DNA from: Candidatus Pelearchaeum maunauluense
Lineage (GTDB): Archaea > Thermoproteota > Nitrososphaeria_A > Caldarchaeales > Caldarchaeaceae
DNA length: 21,665 nucleotides
NCBI GenBank assembly: GCA_030059675.1
Contig: JANVYQ010000016.1
Coordinates: 1-21,665 of the forward strand
Reading direction: 5' to 3'
In this document: positions 7,819-16,921 of the stretch, one piece after another
How the letters are laid out: the number at the start of each line of letters is the position of its first letter
Position numbering within the stretch: the first letter of the stretch is position 1
Translations under genes and position numbers: made by a program
The notes under the pieces: generated by a model
The model's database searches: none
What the model was told of the DNA's origin: nothing
What the model saw: only the letters and a program-made list of their open reading frames with translations

Positions 7819-8433
7819 CTATAGAGGCTCTGACGTTGTGCGCAGCACTTCGGAAACTCGCTTGATGTCGCCTTTACTATTTACGCGCTGCATGAAGCGT
7901 AGCTTTGAGTCAAACGCTCTTAGGCTCTGTGCGTTGATATAGAGTATGTTTCTCATCTTCTTCACAAGCTCGTACATGCCCAGCTCTGGATATGCTTCCA
8001 TGGTCTCTATGAGGGGCTTTACTTGGTATGATGCTGGTATGAACTCTGGCTGGCCTGCCAGCCTCGGTATGGCTGCAGTAAATTTACGCGAGACTTCTAG
8101 GAGGAACGTGGTTATGCTTAGGCTCATTAGCGGCGCGTCGCATGGTAAGACTAGGAGATTGCCGCCCTGCGCATCGTTGAGCGGCTTCCTAAGCTGCTGC
8201 GCCACATCCGTATTATCGGCAGGCGTGGGGAGAGGACGCGCCATATACTTGTCGCACACCTCGCCATAATCATCAACAGACTCCTCGTTCACCGCTATCA
8301 TTATGTCGGATACCTCAGGGGGTATGGCGTCAAGAACATACTCTATCATAGGCCTGCCGTTAATCTCCACCATCCCCTTAGGCTTCCCCATAAGCGGCTT
8401 GACATTAGCCATAACAACAGCAGAGGAATCCAA
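7819..8433 (-). CDS. MobA-like nucleotidyltransferase domain protein
   Basis: MGKPKGMVEINGRPMIEYV, LPCDAP and the C-terminal VNS..D follow the MobA/NTP_transf_3 pattern; the N-terminal glycine loop is degenerate. Confidence 0.75.
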   Translation of the reverse strand: MDSSAVVMANVKPLMGKPKGMVEINGRPMIEYVLDAIPPEVSDIMIAVNEESVDDYGEVCDKYMARPLPTPADNTDVAQQLRKPLNDAQGGNLLVLPCDAPLMSLSITTFLLEVSRKFTAAIPRLAGQPEFIPASYQVKPLIETMEAYPELGMYELVKKMRNILYINAQSLRAFDSKLRFMQRVNSKGDIKRVSEVLRTTSEPL

Positions 8434-8578
8434 CCCAACTCACCACCCTCAGAAGACGTTCATAGATAGCCTTCCTATCCAAGGATAGACGCGCGGCGTG
8501 AATATTATCGTTAGTCTAGGCGCCGTAATAAAATTTAAATTATACAAGCGAGCTTTGGCGGGTTCTCCAGATATTTTT

Positions 8579-9538
8579 CTAGCGTCCAAGTAGTTTCTTG
8601 AGGTTCTCTGTTAGTAGTGGGACTATCTTGTATATGTCGCCGACCACCGCGTAGTCTGACTCGCTCATGATGGGCGCGTTGGAGTCAGTATTCACGGCTA
8701 TCACGACCTTTGAGTCGCGTATCCCTACGAGATGCTGGACTTGGCCCGATATTCCCAGCGCTAGGTAGAGCTTGGGCTTCACACGCTTGCCAGACAATCC
8801 TATATGCCTGTCCTCTGGCAGCCACTTTAGGTCTCCCGCTATCGGCCTTGAGCATCCAATCTCGGCGCCTATGACCTTAGCCAACTCCTCCGCAATGACT
8901 AGGTCTTCACGCTTCTTGAAGCCGCGGCCAACTGATACTATGAGCTCCGCCTTCTCCAAATCAACGCCAGCGCTCTCGGCCCGCGCTATCTCTACCAGCT
9001 CCAGCTTGGGGGCTGTTATCTCCATGGAGACCTTCTCAACACGCGGCTGTGAGCCTCCTCCTTCTGGCTTATAACGGCCAGTCTGCAAGCTCGCCACGTA
9101 TGGCTTCTTCTTAAAGAGTAGTTTCGCCTGGTAGGTTCCGCCCAGCACGCCCCGATATGCTACCAGGCCGTCGCCGCTGGCTTCTAATTGTGTGCACTCG
9201 GCTGCGTAGCCTGTCTTAAGCCTCTGGGCTGTGCGCGGCGCCACCTCACGCCCCAGCCGAGTGGCGGCCACAAGAATCATAACAGCATCAACGTTCTTCG
9301 CCACATTCGCCAGAGCCTCCGCAACGCACGCAGGCCCATGCTTCTCCGCATCAACGTCCTCTACATGGTAGACCAGCTCCGCTCCTCCAGTAGCGTACGC
9401 AGCTAGGTCGTGTTCTGTCATGCTCCCAGTGTGTAGGGCTGCGGTGCTGGCGTTGAGGCTTGGGGCAAGCTGCCGCGCTGCTACCAGCATCTCGGCGGCC
9501 GCGTGCGGGTTCTCAGAATAAACTAGTATGATGCTCAT
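8579..9538 (-). CDS. etfA: Electron transfer flavoprotein alpha subunit
   Basis: VSVGRG, GCSRPIA, IGLSG..VKPKLY.ALGISGQVQHLVG and AVNTD..API motifs. Confidence 0.95.
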   Translation of the reverse strand: MSIILVYSENPHAAAEMLVAARQLAPSLNASTAALHTGSMTEHDLAAYATGGAELVYHVEDVDAEKHGPACVAEALANVAKNVDAVMILVAATRLGREVAPRTAQRLKTGYAAECTQLEASGDGLVAYRGVLGGTYQAKLLFKKKPYVASLQTGRYKPEGGGSQPRVEKVSMEITAPKLELVEIARAESAGVDLEKAELIVSVGRGFKKREDLVIAEELAKVIGAEIGCSRPIAGDLKWLPEDRHIGLSGKRVKPKLYLALGISGQVQHLVGIRDSKVVIAVNTDSNAPIMSESDYAVVGDIYKIVPLLTENLKKLLGR

Positions 9539-10321
9539 CTATTTCTTCACCAGCCCCTCCTGCACGAGTATCTCGGCAAGCTTCTGCGCAAGCTCTTCAG
9601 GCTCGCCCTCAAGCGTTATGCGGCGCCGCTCAACCTTGAGCGCCTTTACTTGCAGCGTCTCCACCGCCGGGGTGAGCTGCTCCTCGCTCAGGCCGAGCTC
9701 CGATAGCTTTACCTCGTGTATCGGCTTCCTGCTAGCTGCTCTTATCATCAAGAGGCTTGGGAGGCGGGGCGTGTTTATCTCAAGCCCAACAGCCAAGACC
9801 GCTGGCAGGCTGGCCTTGACCACGTGTATCCCACCCTCCATCGCCTTCCAAACCTTAATGCCGCCATCCTCAAGCTCAGCCCTGACTGCGTAGGTTATGT
9901 GTGGTATGTTGAATATCTCGGCAAGCCTGGGGCCTGTTTGGTATGCGCTCTCGTCCAGCGACGCCTCGCCGCAGAGTATCAAATCCCACTTGCCTATCTT
10001 CTTGATGAGGGCTGCGAGTGTTTCGGCGGTTACTAGGCCGTCTGCCTTCTCCAGCCTGGGGTCTGAAACGACGTAAGCCTCGTCAGCGCCCATGGCTAGG
10101 GCTTCTCTTATGAGGAGTTGCTGGATGTCATGCCCCACGCATACAGCGACCACGCGGCCGCCGTGCTTCTCTTTTATTCGGAGAGCCTCCTCAAGGGCGT
10201 TTAGGTCAAAGTCGCTAATCTTACGCGGCGCCTGCCCAAGCTGGGGCTCAAGCGTCTCGGGATGCGGCCTGACTTGATTAACATCAGCAGTCTGCTTCAA
10301 ACATACAATAATATCAACCAA
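9539..10321 (-). CDS. etfB: Electron transfer flavoprotein beta subunit
   Basis: IIVCLKQ, FDLNALEEAL, ALAMGAD, DLILCG and NTPRLP motifs; its stop abuts the etfA start. Confidence 0.95.
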   Translation of the reverse strand: MVDIIVCLKQTADVNQVRPHPETLEPQLGQAPRKISDFDLNALEEALRIKEKHGGRVVAVCVGHDIQQLLIREALAMGADEAYVVSDPRLEKADGLVTAETLAALIKKIGKWDLILCGEASLDESAYQTGPRLAEIFNIPHITYAVRAELEDGGIKVWKAMEGGIHVVKASLPAVLAVGLEINTPRLPSLLMIRAASRKPIHEVKLSELGLSEEQLTPAVETLQVKALKVERRRITLEGEPEELAQKLAEILVQEGLVKK

Positions 10322-10374
10322 CGCTACACTGCACCCTTATCAATAGTCTAACCACCGGCACCTAGCTTTAAACG

Positions 10375-12408
10375 CTATTCAAGGGTCTCTGCCACCACTT
10401 CGGAGATGTCTTTCAGCTTTATCTTCTCCTCAGCGCCCACTATCCTGGTGGCGTCGTTGAACATCTGGAGACAGTAGGGGCATTCCACGACCATCGTGCT
10501 GGCGCCTGTGTTCATGGCCTCGTTGAGCCTTATCACGCTCTCCCTATTCTCGCGCTTAACCTCATACCAGTAGTTCGCTCCGCCAGCGCCGCAGCAGAAG
10601 CTCCGCCTACCTATGCGCTGCATCTCCACAAATCTATCGCCAGCGACGGAATTGATTATCATGCGCGGCTCCTCTATTATCCCGTTGATTCTCCCAAGGT
10701 AGCATGAGTCGTGGAGCGTCAGCCTCTCAGCCAGGGGGCGTTTTGGCTTTATCCTGCCAGACCTTAGGAGCTCGCCTATGAGCTGCGTGTGGTGTATCAC
10801 GGTGTAATTGCCGCCTAGGTCTGGGTACTCGTTCTTGAATGTGTTGAAGCAGTGGGGGCAGTGTGTAAGTATCTTCCGCACATTGTAGTTCTTGAAGAGC
10901 TCTATGTTGGTGAGCGCCAGCTCTTGGAACCTTCCCTCCTCGCCTATGCGTCGCGCTGGGTCGCCTGTGCATAGCTCCTCCTCGCCTAGGATGGCGAAGC
11001 ACACACCAGCGGCCTGGAGTATCTTCACCATGCTCCTGACTATTTCGCGGCTTCTGGCATCGTAGCTGGACGCGCAGCCAATCCAATAGAGATACTCAGC
11101 CTCAGGGTTCTCGGCCAGCGTCTTAACACCCATGCTACGAAGCTCCTGCAAAAACTGCTCCCGCTCATGCTGTGGAAGCCCGTATGGGTTATAGAGGCGC
11201 GAAAGGTTGGTGAGCATGGTAGTCTTCCGCTTGTCCAGCTTTCCTTCAAGCGTAAGAGCGCGCCGCATCTCCAGGATGTATTCTAGAGGGCTTATGAGAA
11301 CTGGGCAGGCCTCAACACAAGCCGCGCATGTAGTGCACGCCCATACCTCGTCTTCCTCTATAATGCCAGCGGCGAAGAGGTCGCGTGCCCCGCCATCCAT
11401 CTTATCCTTGCTATACCACATCTCCTCGCGCAGCTTCTGGACAATCATGCGTGGCGAGAGTGGTGTCCCAGAGGCGAAGGCTGGGCAGGCGGCCTCGCAG
11501 CGGCCGCAGTCTGTACAGGCGTCAAGCCCTAGGCGCTGCCGCCAGCTAAAGTCATCCACGCTCCGCGCGCCGAGCTTTATCTCAGCCGTCTCAGGGTCAA
11601 GCTGGTCTATCCTGAATGGGGTTGGCATCTTACCAGGGTTGGGGTCTCTGAGCGCTGAGAAGTAGGCGTTTCCAAACGTGGCGAGCACGTGGAGTAGGCT
11701 GCTGTATGGCAATAACGCTACCATGGTGAATGTTACTAGCGCGTGAGCCCACCAGAGGGCTCTATACGCCCCCAGCGCGGCGCCCAGGTCTAATGAGAAC
11801 GCGGCGAACAGGTCCGATACTGCTTTCCCGACGAAGCTCCAAGAACCCCATGGCCTAGGAGCAATATAGAGCCTAAGCCCCTCCAGTATGTATCCAGTTA
11901 TGCCTAGGAAGAAGAGGCCGAGGAATATGAGGAGATACTCATCCTTCCATCTCAGCCTCCTCTCACGCGCTATGAATCTCCTATAGAGGAGTATGGCGAG
12001 ACCGGCCAAGAGTAGGAGGCCCATGAAGTCAAATATGGCTTCGTAGAAGAGGTAGAATTGGCCACGTAGTATGGATTGGTTGAAGTTGCGGAGGATGTCG
12101 TAATCTATGAAGACGAGGGTTGTGGCAATCAGTAGCGCTATTATTCCAGAGTATATGAGTAGATGCATGGCCCCCGCTGTCTTCTCTCTAACCACCTTAC
12201 GCTGGAGGAGAGCGTACCTAACGAGGTTCCCCATCCGTGTCGGGAAGTCTCGGAAAAGCTCAGGCCACTCCACACCATAAACCCTAACCCTACGGTAAAT
12301 GCCGTAGAGGAAAAGCGCCGCAAAGGGTATGAGGACAATATACATTATGACATCTGTCCCTGGAGGCATCAGCCTGTAAGTCTCCCTAACAGGTATGTCT
12401 GAAGACAA
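10375..12408 (-). CDS. Membrane-anchored Fe-S oxidoreductase (HdrD/FadF-like: TM cytochrome-b-like domain, two 4Fe-4S motifs, CCG domains)
   Basis: N-terminal hydrophobic helices with His (MHLL, WAH), CTDCGRCEAACP, CTTCAACVEACP, CTG..CPHC and CCGAGG..CPYC; lies directly upstream of etfBA. Confidence 0.9.
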   Translation of the reverse strand: MSSDIPVRETYRLMPPGTDVIMYIVLIPFAALFLYGIYRRVRVYGVEWPELFRDFPTRMGNLVRYALLQRKVVREKTAGAMHLLIYSGIIALLIATTLVFIDYDILRNFNQSILRGQFYLFYEAIFDFMGLLLLAGLAILLYRRFIARERRLRWKDEYLLIFLGLFFLGITGYILEGLRLYIAPRPWGSWSFVGKAVSDLFAAFSLDLGAALGAYRALWWAHALVTFTMVALLPYSSLLHVLATFGNAYFSALRDPNPGKMPTPFRIDQLDPETAEIKLGARSVDDFSWRQRLGLDACTDCGRCEAACPAFASGTPLSPRMIVQKLREEMWYSKDKMDGGARDLFAAGIIEEDEVWACTTCAACVEACPVLISPLEYILEMRRALTLEGKLDKRKTTMLTNLSRLYNPYGLPQHEREQFLQELRSMGVKTLAENPEAEYLYWIGCASSYDARSREIVRSMVKILQAAGVCFAILGEEELCTGDPARRIGEEGRFQELALTNIELFKNYNVRKILTHCPHCFNTFKNEYPDLGGNYTVIHHTQLIGELLRSGRIKPKRPLAERLTLHDSCYLGRINGIIEEPRMIINSVAGDRFVEMQRIGRRSFCCGAGGANYWYEVKRENRESVIRLNEAMNTGASTMVVECPYCLQMFNDATRIVGAEEKIKLKDISEVVAETLE

Positions 12409-12420
12409 ACAAGCACCCCT

Positions 12421-12864
12421 CTAGTGGATTGGCTCGAAATAGATTATATCGCTAAGCTCGCCTCTGCGCTCCTCGCTTGGTCTAAACACGGCCTCCACCT
12501 CCATCCCTATTCTGATGTTTTCTGGAGACGCATTTACGCGGTGTGTTATCCCGCCCTTAACGCCGTCAAACGATATTATGGCGTATATCACGGGCTTCTC
12601 AAGCCTATTGCCGTTCTTATCCACGTATGCTACCGTGTATGTGTGTATCCTGCCGCGCGGCTTGATTGGGATAAACTCAATATCGTTAGAGAAGCATTCC
12701 AGGCAGTATATGCGCGGCGGCATCACTGTTGCCCCGCACTTCTTGCAACGCGAGGCCGTCAAGCTCCCCTCCTCCTTCAATCGGCGCAGAAACTCCTGGC
12801 CAGCCACTCCAGGCGAGTAGAGCATCTCAAGCTCGATTCTCCTGGGGTCGTATGTCTGTTGCAT
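12421..12864 (-). CDS. DUF35/ChsH2-family Zn-ribbon + OB-fold protein
   Basis: RCKKCG...PPR.YCLEC, GRIHTYT and IRIGMEVEAVF motifs. Confidence 0.9.
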   Translation of the reverse strand: MQQTYDPRRIELEMLYSPGVAGQEFLRRLKEEGSLTASRCKKCGATVMPPRIYCLECFSNDIEFIPIKPRGRIHTYTVAYVDKNGNRLEKPVIYAIISFDGVKGGITHRVNASPENIRIGMEVEAVFRPSEERRGELSDIIYFEPIH

Positions 12865-12930
12865 CGGTTATTCTGATTCTTGAGACTTTATTAGAATTTG
12901 CTTATGACGGAATGAAAGGAGGCTAGGGCT

Positions 12931-13125
12931 TTGAAGAGGAAGTATAAGGTGGTGGCCTGCCATAGGTGTGGTAATGCGCAGATAACCACAGCCAATACTA
13001 GCTTTACTTGTTTTAGATGCGGCGCTAACAACAGAATTTCGCGCGAGTCTATACTTTATCTAGCCAACAGCCACGAGGAGGCGCGTGAAGAGTTGATTCG
13101 GATTAAGGCGCGGAAGCGCTCATAG
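12931..13125 (+). CDS. Small Zn-ribbon protein (DUF1922-like)
   Basis: YKVVACHRCG and CFRCG, followed by EEAREELIRIK; 64 aa. Confidence 0.7.
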   Translation: MKRKYKVVACHRCGNAQITTANTSFTCFRCGANNRISRESILYLANSHEEAREELIRIKARKRS

Positions 13126-13680
13126 AGGTTTGAAGTATTTTATATCCGTGATGGCTCCTTTCCTCTCTTCCTGCGGAAGCCAGACAGCCCTAACACGCAT
13201 ACCTATATACACATCACGCGGCTCAACCTCTCCAAGAACGTGAAGTATCCCCATACCAGGGCTAGCCCCATCAATCTCTATAACCGCAGGTATCCTAGGC
13301 GTCTCAAGACGCGACGCATCGGTATCAACATAGCATATTGAGAATGTATTCACAGTCCCAGTATCGCTCACATAAACCCACTCATCAGTCTTCCTAAAAC
13401 ACTCCTCGCAGTACATTCTGGGGGGAACCATTATGCGCTGACATCTATAGCATTTCCTAGCGATTATCCTCCCATTCTTCAGCTCTTGGAAGAACCTGCT
13501 CAGCGCCTCGCCCTCACTCCAGCTATACTCAAGCTCCATACGCCTGCTTATTCCAAAGATACGCCTCTCAAGAAAGTCGCTCTGGCTTATCTCAACACCA
13601 GGGTAGCGGCTTATCTTTGAACTCACCGCAGCTCCACCTAACAGGTCTAGGTCATAGAATCTATAAGAGTATTCCGCCAA
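13120..13680 (-). CDS. DUF35/ChsH2-family Zn-ribbon + OB-fold protein (second copy)
   Basis: KCYRCQ...PPRMYCEEC, GTVNTFS and IGMRVRAVW motifs. The start position is uncertain. Confidence 0.9.
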   Translation of the reverse strand: MAEYSYRFYDLDLLGGAAVSSKISRYPGVEISQSDFLERRIFGISRRMELEYSWSEGEALSRFFQELKNGRIIARKCYRCQRIMVPPRMYCEECFRKTDEWVYVSDTGTVNTFSICYVDTDASRLETPRIPAVIEIDGASPGMGILHVLGEVEPRDVYIGMRVRAVWLPQEERKGAITDIKYFKPL

Positions 13681-13699
13681 GCCTGGTGGAAACTACAGC

Positions 13700-13707
13700 T
13701 TATATAA
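13700..13707. promoter_or_regulatory. Palindromic TATA box (TTATATAA) between the divergent DUF35 and malic enzyme genes
   Basis: It is the only clear TATA-like word in the short divergent intergenic gap and can be read on both strands. Confidence 0.45.
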
Positions 13708-13751
13708 CGCCACGATAAGACGCGCCGCTGTCGCGGGTGAAGGCGTGCTAC

Positions 13752-15080
13752 ATGGGGGTTGAGCTGGAGAAGTCGGGAAAAGACGCTGTGCGAGTAGCAC
13801 CATACTATGCGGGGAAGTACGAGATAGTTCCCAAGATACCGATAAAGAGCTTAAGGGACTTTGCGGTATGGTACACGCCAGGCGTAGCCTCCGTTAGTAA
13901 GGCTATCGTAGAATCGCCCAAACTCTCATTTGAATACACGAGCAGATGGAATACCATAGCAGTTGTAACAGATGGGACGCGCGTTCTTGGGCTTGGGGAT
14001 ATAGGCCCTGAAGCAGCTATGCCAGTCATGGAGGGAAAAGCCGTCATCTTCAAATACCTAGGCGGGGTGGACGCCATACCAATATGCCTAAACGCGCGCG
14101 AGCCTGAGAAGTTTATCGAGATAGTCAAGGCGCTTGAGCCGAGTTTTGGCGGAATTAACTTGGAGGATATAGAATCCCCCAAGTGTTTCAGAATTCTTGA
14201 CACTCTGCGCGAGAGTATGCAAATACCAGTATGGCATGACGACCAGCTGGGAACAGCGTCGGCAACCCTAGCGGGGCTGATAAACGCTCTCAAGATAGTC
14301 GGTAAGAAGATGAGTGATGTGCGCATAACTCTGCTAGGCGCGGGGGCTTCAAACGTAGCTACCGCGAGGATACTTGAGAAGGCTGGCGCAGACCCTGGTA
14401 AGCTGATTCTGGTAGACTCGCGCGGAATACTACACGCCGAGAGGGATGATATGGACGAGCTCATGCTAAAAAACCCTTGGAAGTATGAGCTGGCCCTCAA
14501 GACCAACCGCGAGCGCATAACGGGTGGTATAGCGGAAGCACTAGAAGGCGCCGATGTGCTCATAGCGGCGTCAAAACCAGGGCCGGGTGTTGTGAAGAAG
14601 GAGTGGGTTAGGAGAATGAATAACGACGCGATAGTGTTCGCCTTGGCTAACCCAGTGCCAGAGATATGGCCGTGGGACGCCAGGGAGGCGGGAGCGCGCA
14701 TAGTTGCGACGGGCAGGAGCGACTTCCCAAACCAGGTGAATAACAGCCTAATCTTCCCATCAGTATTCAGAGGCGCGTTGGACGTTAAGGCAACAACAAT
14801 AACCGACGAGATGATGATACGCGCATCACAGGCTCTAGCTGAGTATGTCCCAGAGCATAAGCTTAGTGAGGACTACATAATACCGACCATGGACGACTGG
14901 AGGGTGTATATCCACGTGGCGGCTAGCGTAGCTGAGCAGGCAAGCAGACAAGGCGTTGCCAGAACACCACTCAACTACGACGAGGCATACGTGAAGGCGG
15001 TTAAGCTAATCGCCAGGGCAAGAAGCATACTGGAGCGGCTGATGAAGGATAAGTTCATTAAACCATTCCCAGAGGGTTAG
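13752..15080 (+). CDS. NAD(P)-dependent malic enzyme
   Basis: YTPGVA, VTDGTRVLGLGDIG, MEGK, INLEDI, HDDQ, GAGA, FALANP and TGRSDFPNQVNN motifs. The ATG at 13752 is preferred over the GTG at 13737. Confidence 0.95.
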   Translation: MGVELEKSGKDAVRVAPYYAGKYEIVPKIPIKSLRDFAVWYTPGVASVSKAIVESPKLSFEYTSRWNTIAVVTDGTRVLGLGDIGPEAAMPVMEGKAVIFKYLGGVDAIPICLNAREPEKFIEIVKALEPSFGGINLEDIESPKCFRILDTLRESMQIPVWHDDQLGTASATLAGLINALKIVGKKMSDVRITLLGAGASNVATARILEKAGADPGKLILVDSRGILHAERDDMDELMLKNPWKYELALKTNRERITGGIAEALEGADVLIAASKPGPGVVKKEWVRRMNNDAIVFALANPVPEIWPWDAREAGARIVATGRSDFPNQVNNSLIFPSVFRGALDVKATTITDEMMIRASQALAEYVPEHKLSEDYIIPTMDDWRVYIHVAASVAEQASRQGVARTPLNYDEAYVKAVKLIARARSILERLMKDKFIKPFPEG

Positions 15081-15087
15081 AAACGAT

Positions 15088-15567
15088 ATGACGACGGTAA
15101 CGTTTAGAAAAGCAACCCTAAACGACCTAGATAGGCTGGTCGACCTACTCATAAGGCAGAAGCGTCTTAATGAGGAGTTCGACCCTCTCCTAAGGCTTCG
15201 AGAAGACATAGCGGAGACGGGGAGAAAATACTTGGAAGAGGCAATAATGTCGGAGAACTCTCTGGTAGTTGTAGCAGAGGCAGATGGGCGGGTAGTGGGA
15301 TTCCTCAAGGCGGACATAAAGGAAAGGCTCTTCTACTATCCAAAGACTGAGGGAAACATAGTAGAGCTATACCTACTCCCAGAATACCGGCGAAAGGGAA
15401 ATGGAGTCAAACTACTGGAATACGCGGTTAATATACTGAAGGAGAGAGCAGAGATAATAACAGCAGAATTCCCATCACTAAACGAGATAGCAACAAGATT
15501 CTACACAAACCTAAACTTCAGAGCAATAATAAGCACATACGCAAGAGAAACAATAATAAAGAAGTAA
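15088..15567 (+). CDS. GNAT family N-acetyltransferase
   Basis: LYLLPEYRRKGNG acetyl-CoA-binding motif and N..A..FY..L.F; starts 7 nt after the malic enzyme stop. Confidence 0.9.
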   Translation: MTTVTFRKATLNDLDRLVDLLIRQKRLNEEFDPLLRLREDIAETGRKYLEEAIMSENSLVVVAEADGRVVGFLKADIKERLFYYPKTEGNIVELYLLPEYRRKGNGVKLLEYAVNILKERAEIITAEFPSLNEIATRFYTNLNFRAIISTYARETIIKK

Positions 15568-16075
15568 AATCAACCACCAACTTTTTGCGCTCAACCCGCC
15601 TCTTCTCAAGAGCATCAACAACTATCGGTATACAATATGTTGAGCAACGCTGCCTGAAGATTATTATAGGTATAGAAACCATCTCACAGCCACCATACCT
15701 TATCTTCCAAGACACTATCAGTGAGATGGAGATATAGGGTAGAAGCGCCATTAAGAGAAGATCTATGCGATAAACTGTGAAGTGTATGATGAACATTAGG
15801 TAGGGCGGCCCAACTATTAGAAGCGTGTTTATCCATGGTCTATCTCTGGCTAGAACCCTCTTACCCAGCAGCCAGTAGAGAGCCAAGTAAGCCAAAAGTA
15901 TTGCAGCGAAGTATGCCGCAATAGTAATTATGGCGGGAGCTATAGCAGCACCAAACGAAATCCAAGCCTATAAAACCCTGTAGATAACAAAGAAAAAGAT
16001 ACCCGCTCCCAACGCTAGCCTAAACAATCTACCAGCAGTCCCAACGTCAATCCCAACTCTACTCAAAAGAACCAT
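15518..16075 (-). pseudogene. Membrane protein (DUF6410-like, YGGCE...YC motif) interrupted by an in-frame TAG
   Basis: The ATG at 16075 opens MVLLSRVGIDVGTAGRLFRLALGAG..., there is a TAG at 15968-15970, and the same frame continues into the 15518-15895 ORF. The family name is from recall. Confidence 0.65.
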
Positions 16076-16124
16076 CTCCTACAAATCAGGAGAATGGCTA
16101 ACCTAATCACTAAATCAATTTTTA

Positions 16125-16161
16125 GCCAGCCATGTCTGGCAACCTTATATACCTGACAACC
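16125..16161 (+). promoter_or_regulatory. TATA box with flanking putative operator repeats
   Basis: TTATATA at 16145-16151, inverted repeat GCCAG-N6-CTGGC at 16125-16140, and direct repeats CTGGCAACC (16136-16144) / CTGACAACC (16153-16161) bracketing the TATA box. Confidence 0.5.
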
Positions 16162-16172
16162 AAAAAGATAAC

Positions 16173-16822
16173 ATGCTCAAAAAGCGGAACTTGAAATAGA
16201 CTTCACAAAATTCTGGCAGCTCCTCCTAGGCGAGTCTTATGAAAAACTTCAAGTAATAGAGGTGTTAAAATGCATAAAATGTGATATAGACGAGTTTGCT
16301 GCAATACTCAAGATTAAACCCACCGATAAGAAGCTAGACCTAGAAGACCTGAAGAAAAGCACAGCAATAAAAGTAGTCGTCTTAATGCATAATATGCATG
16401 GCATTTTTACGGTCTTCATCAGAGGAAGGTTCAATATCCCAAAGGGAATCAAAAGCCCAGATGTAATCAACTATGAAACCCCCGTCTTCTTAGATTGTAT
16501 GAAACAGAGAATAACACTGGTCGGCGATGATAGTGATATACGATACGCTCTAAAACTAATGCATGAAAACAAAATAGGACACAGGATCCTGAAGCTTACC
16601 AGCTTAAAGCCAGAAGAACCAGACCCACTAGCAAACCTGACACAAAGACAGAAAGAAGCACTAATAACAGCATACCTACACGGATACTACAAAAACCCAA
16701 AAAGAACAACCACAAAAGACATAGCAAAACTACTGGGAATAAACAAATCAACCCTAACAGAACACCTAATAAAAGCAGAAAGAAAGATAATAACCCAAAC
16801 AATAAAACAAAACCATAAATAA
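16173..16822 (+). pseudogene. Bacterio-opsin-activator-type (HTH_10) transcriptional regulator with a 5' frameshift
   Basis: C-terminal LTQRQKEALITAYLHGYY..PKRTT..DIAKLLGINKSTLTEHL.KAERK motif. The frame is open back to 16184 (AELEIDFTKF...), but the ATG at 16173 is out of frame across an A5 run (16179-16183). Confidence 0.75.
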
Positions 16823-16846
16823 AACAACACAAAACACACTACAGAA

Positions 16847-16921
16847 GCTCCGGTAGTATAGTCCGGTCAAGTATGCAGGCCTCTCGAGCCTGCGACCCGG
16901 GTTCAAATCCCGGCCGGAGCA
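16847..16921 (+). tRNA. tRNA-Glu (anticodon CTC), intronless, CCA not encoded
   Basis: Acceptor stem GCTCCGG/CCGGAGC, anticodon arm CAGGC-CTCTCGA-GCCTG, T arm CCGGG-TTCAAAT-CCCGG. Confidence 0.97.

Noticed and set aside
13805-14701. 298-aa ORF antisense to the malic enzyme, and similar shadow ORFs opposite the acyl-CoA synthetase, etf, oxidoreductase, DUF35 and ccdA genes
   Set aside because: Ser/Ala/Pro-rich mirror frames of well-supported genes, with no independent evidence.
16847-16921. tRNA-Glu as the att site of an integrated element
   Set aside because: I saw no duplicated tRNA fragment or integrase within the window; this cannot be excluded beyond its edges.
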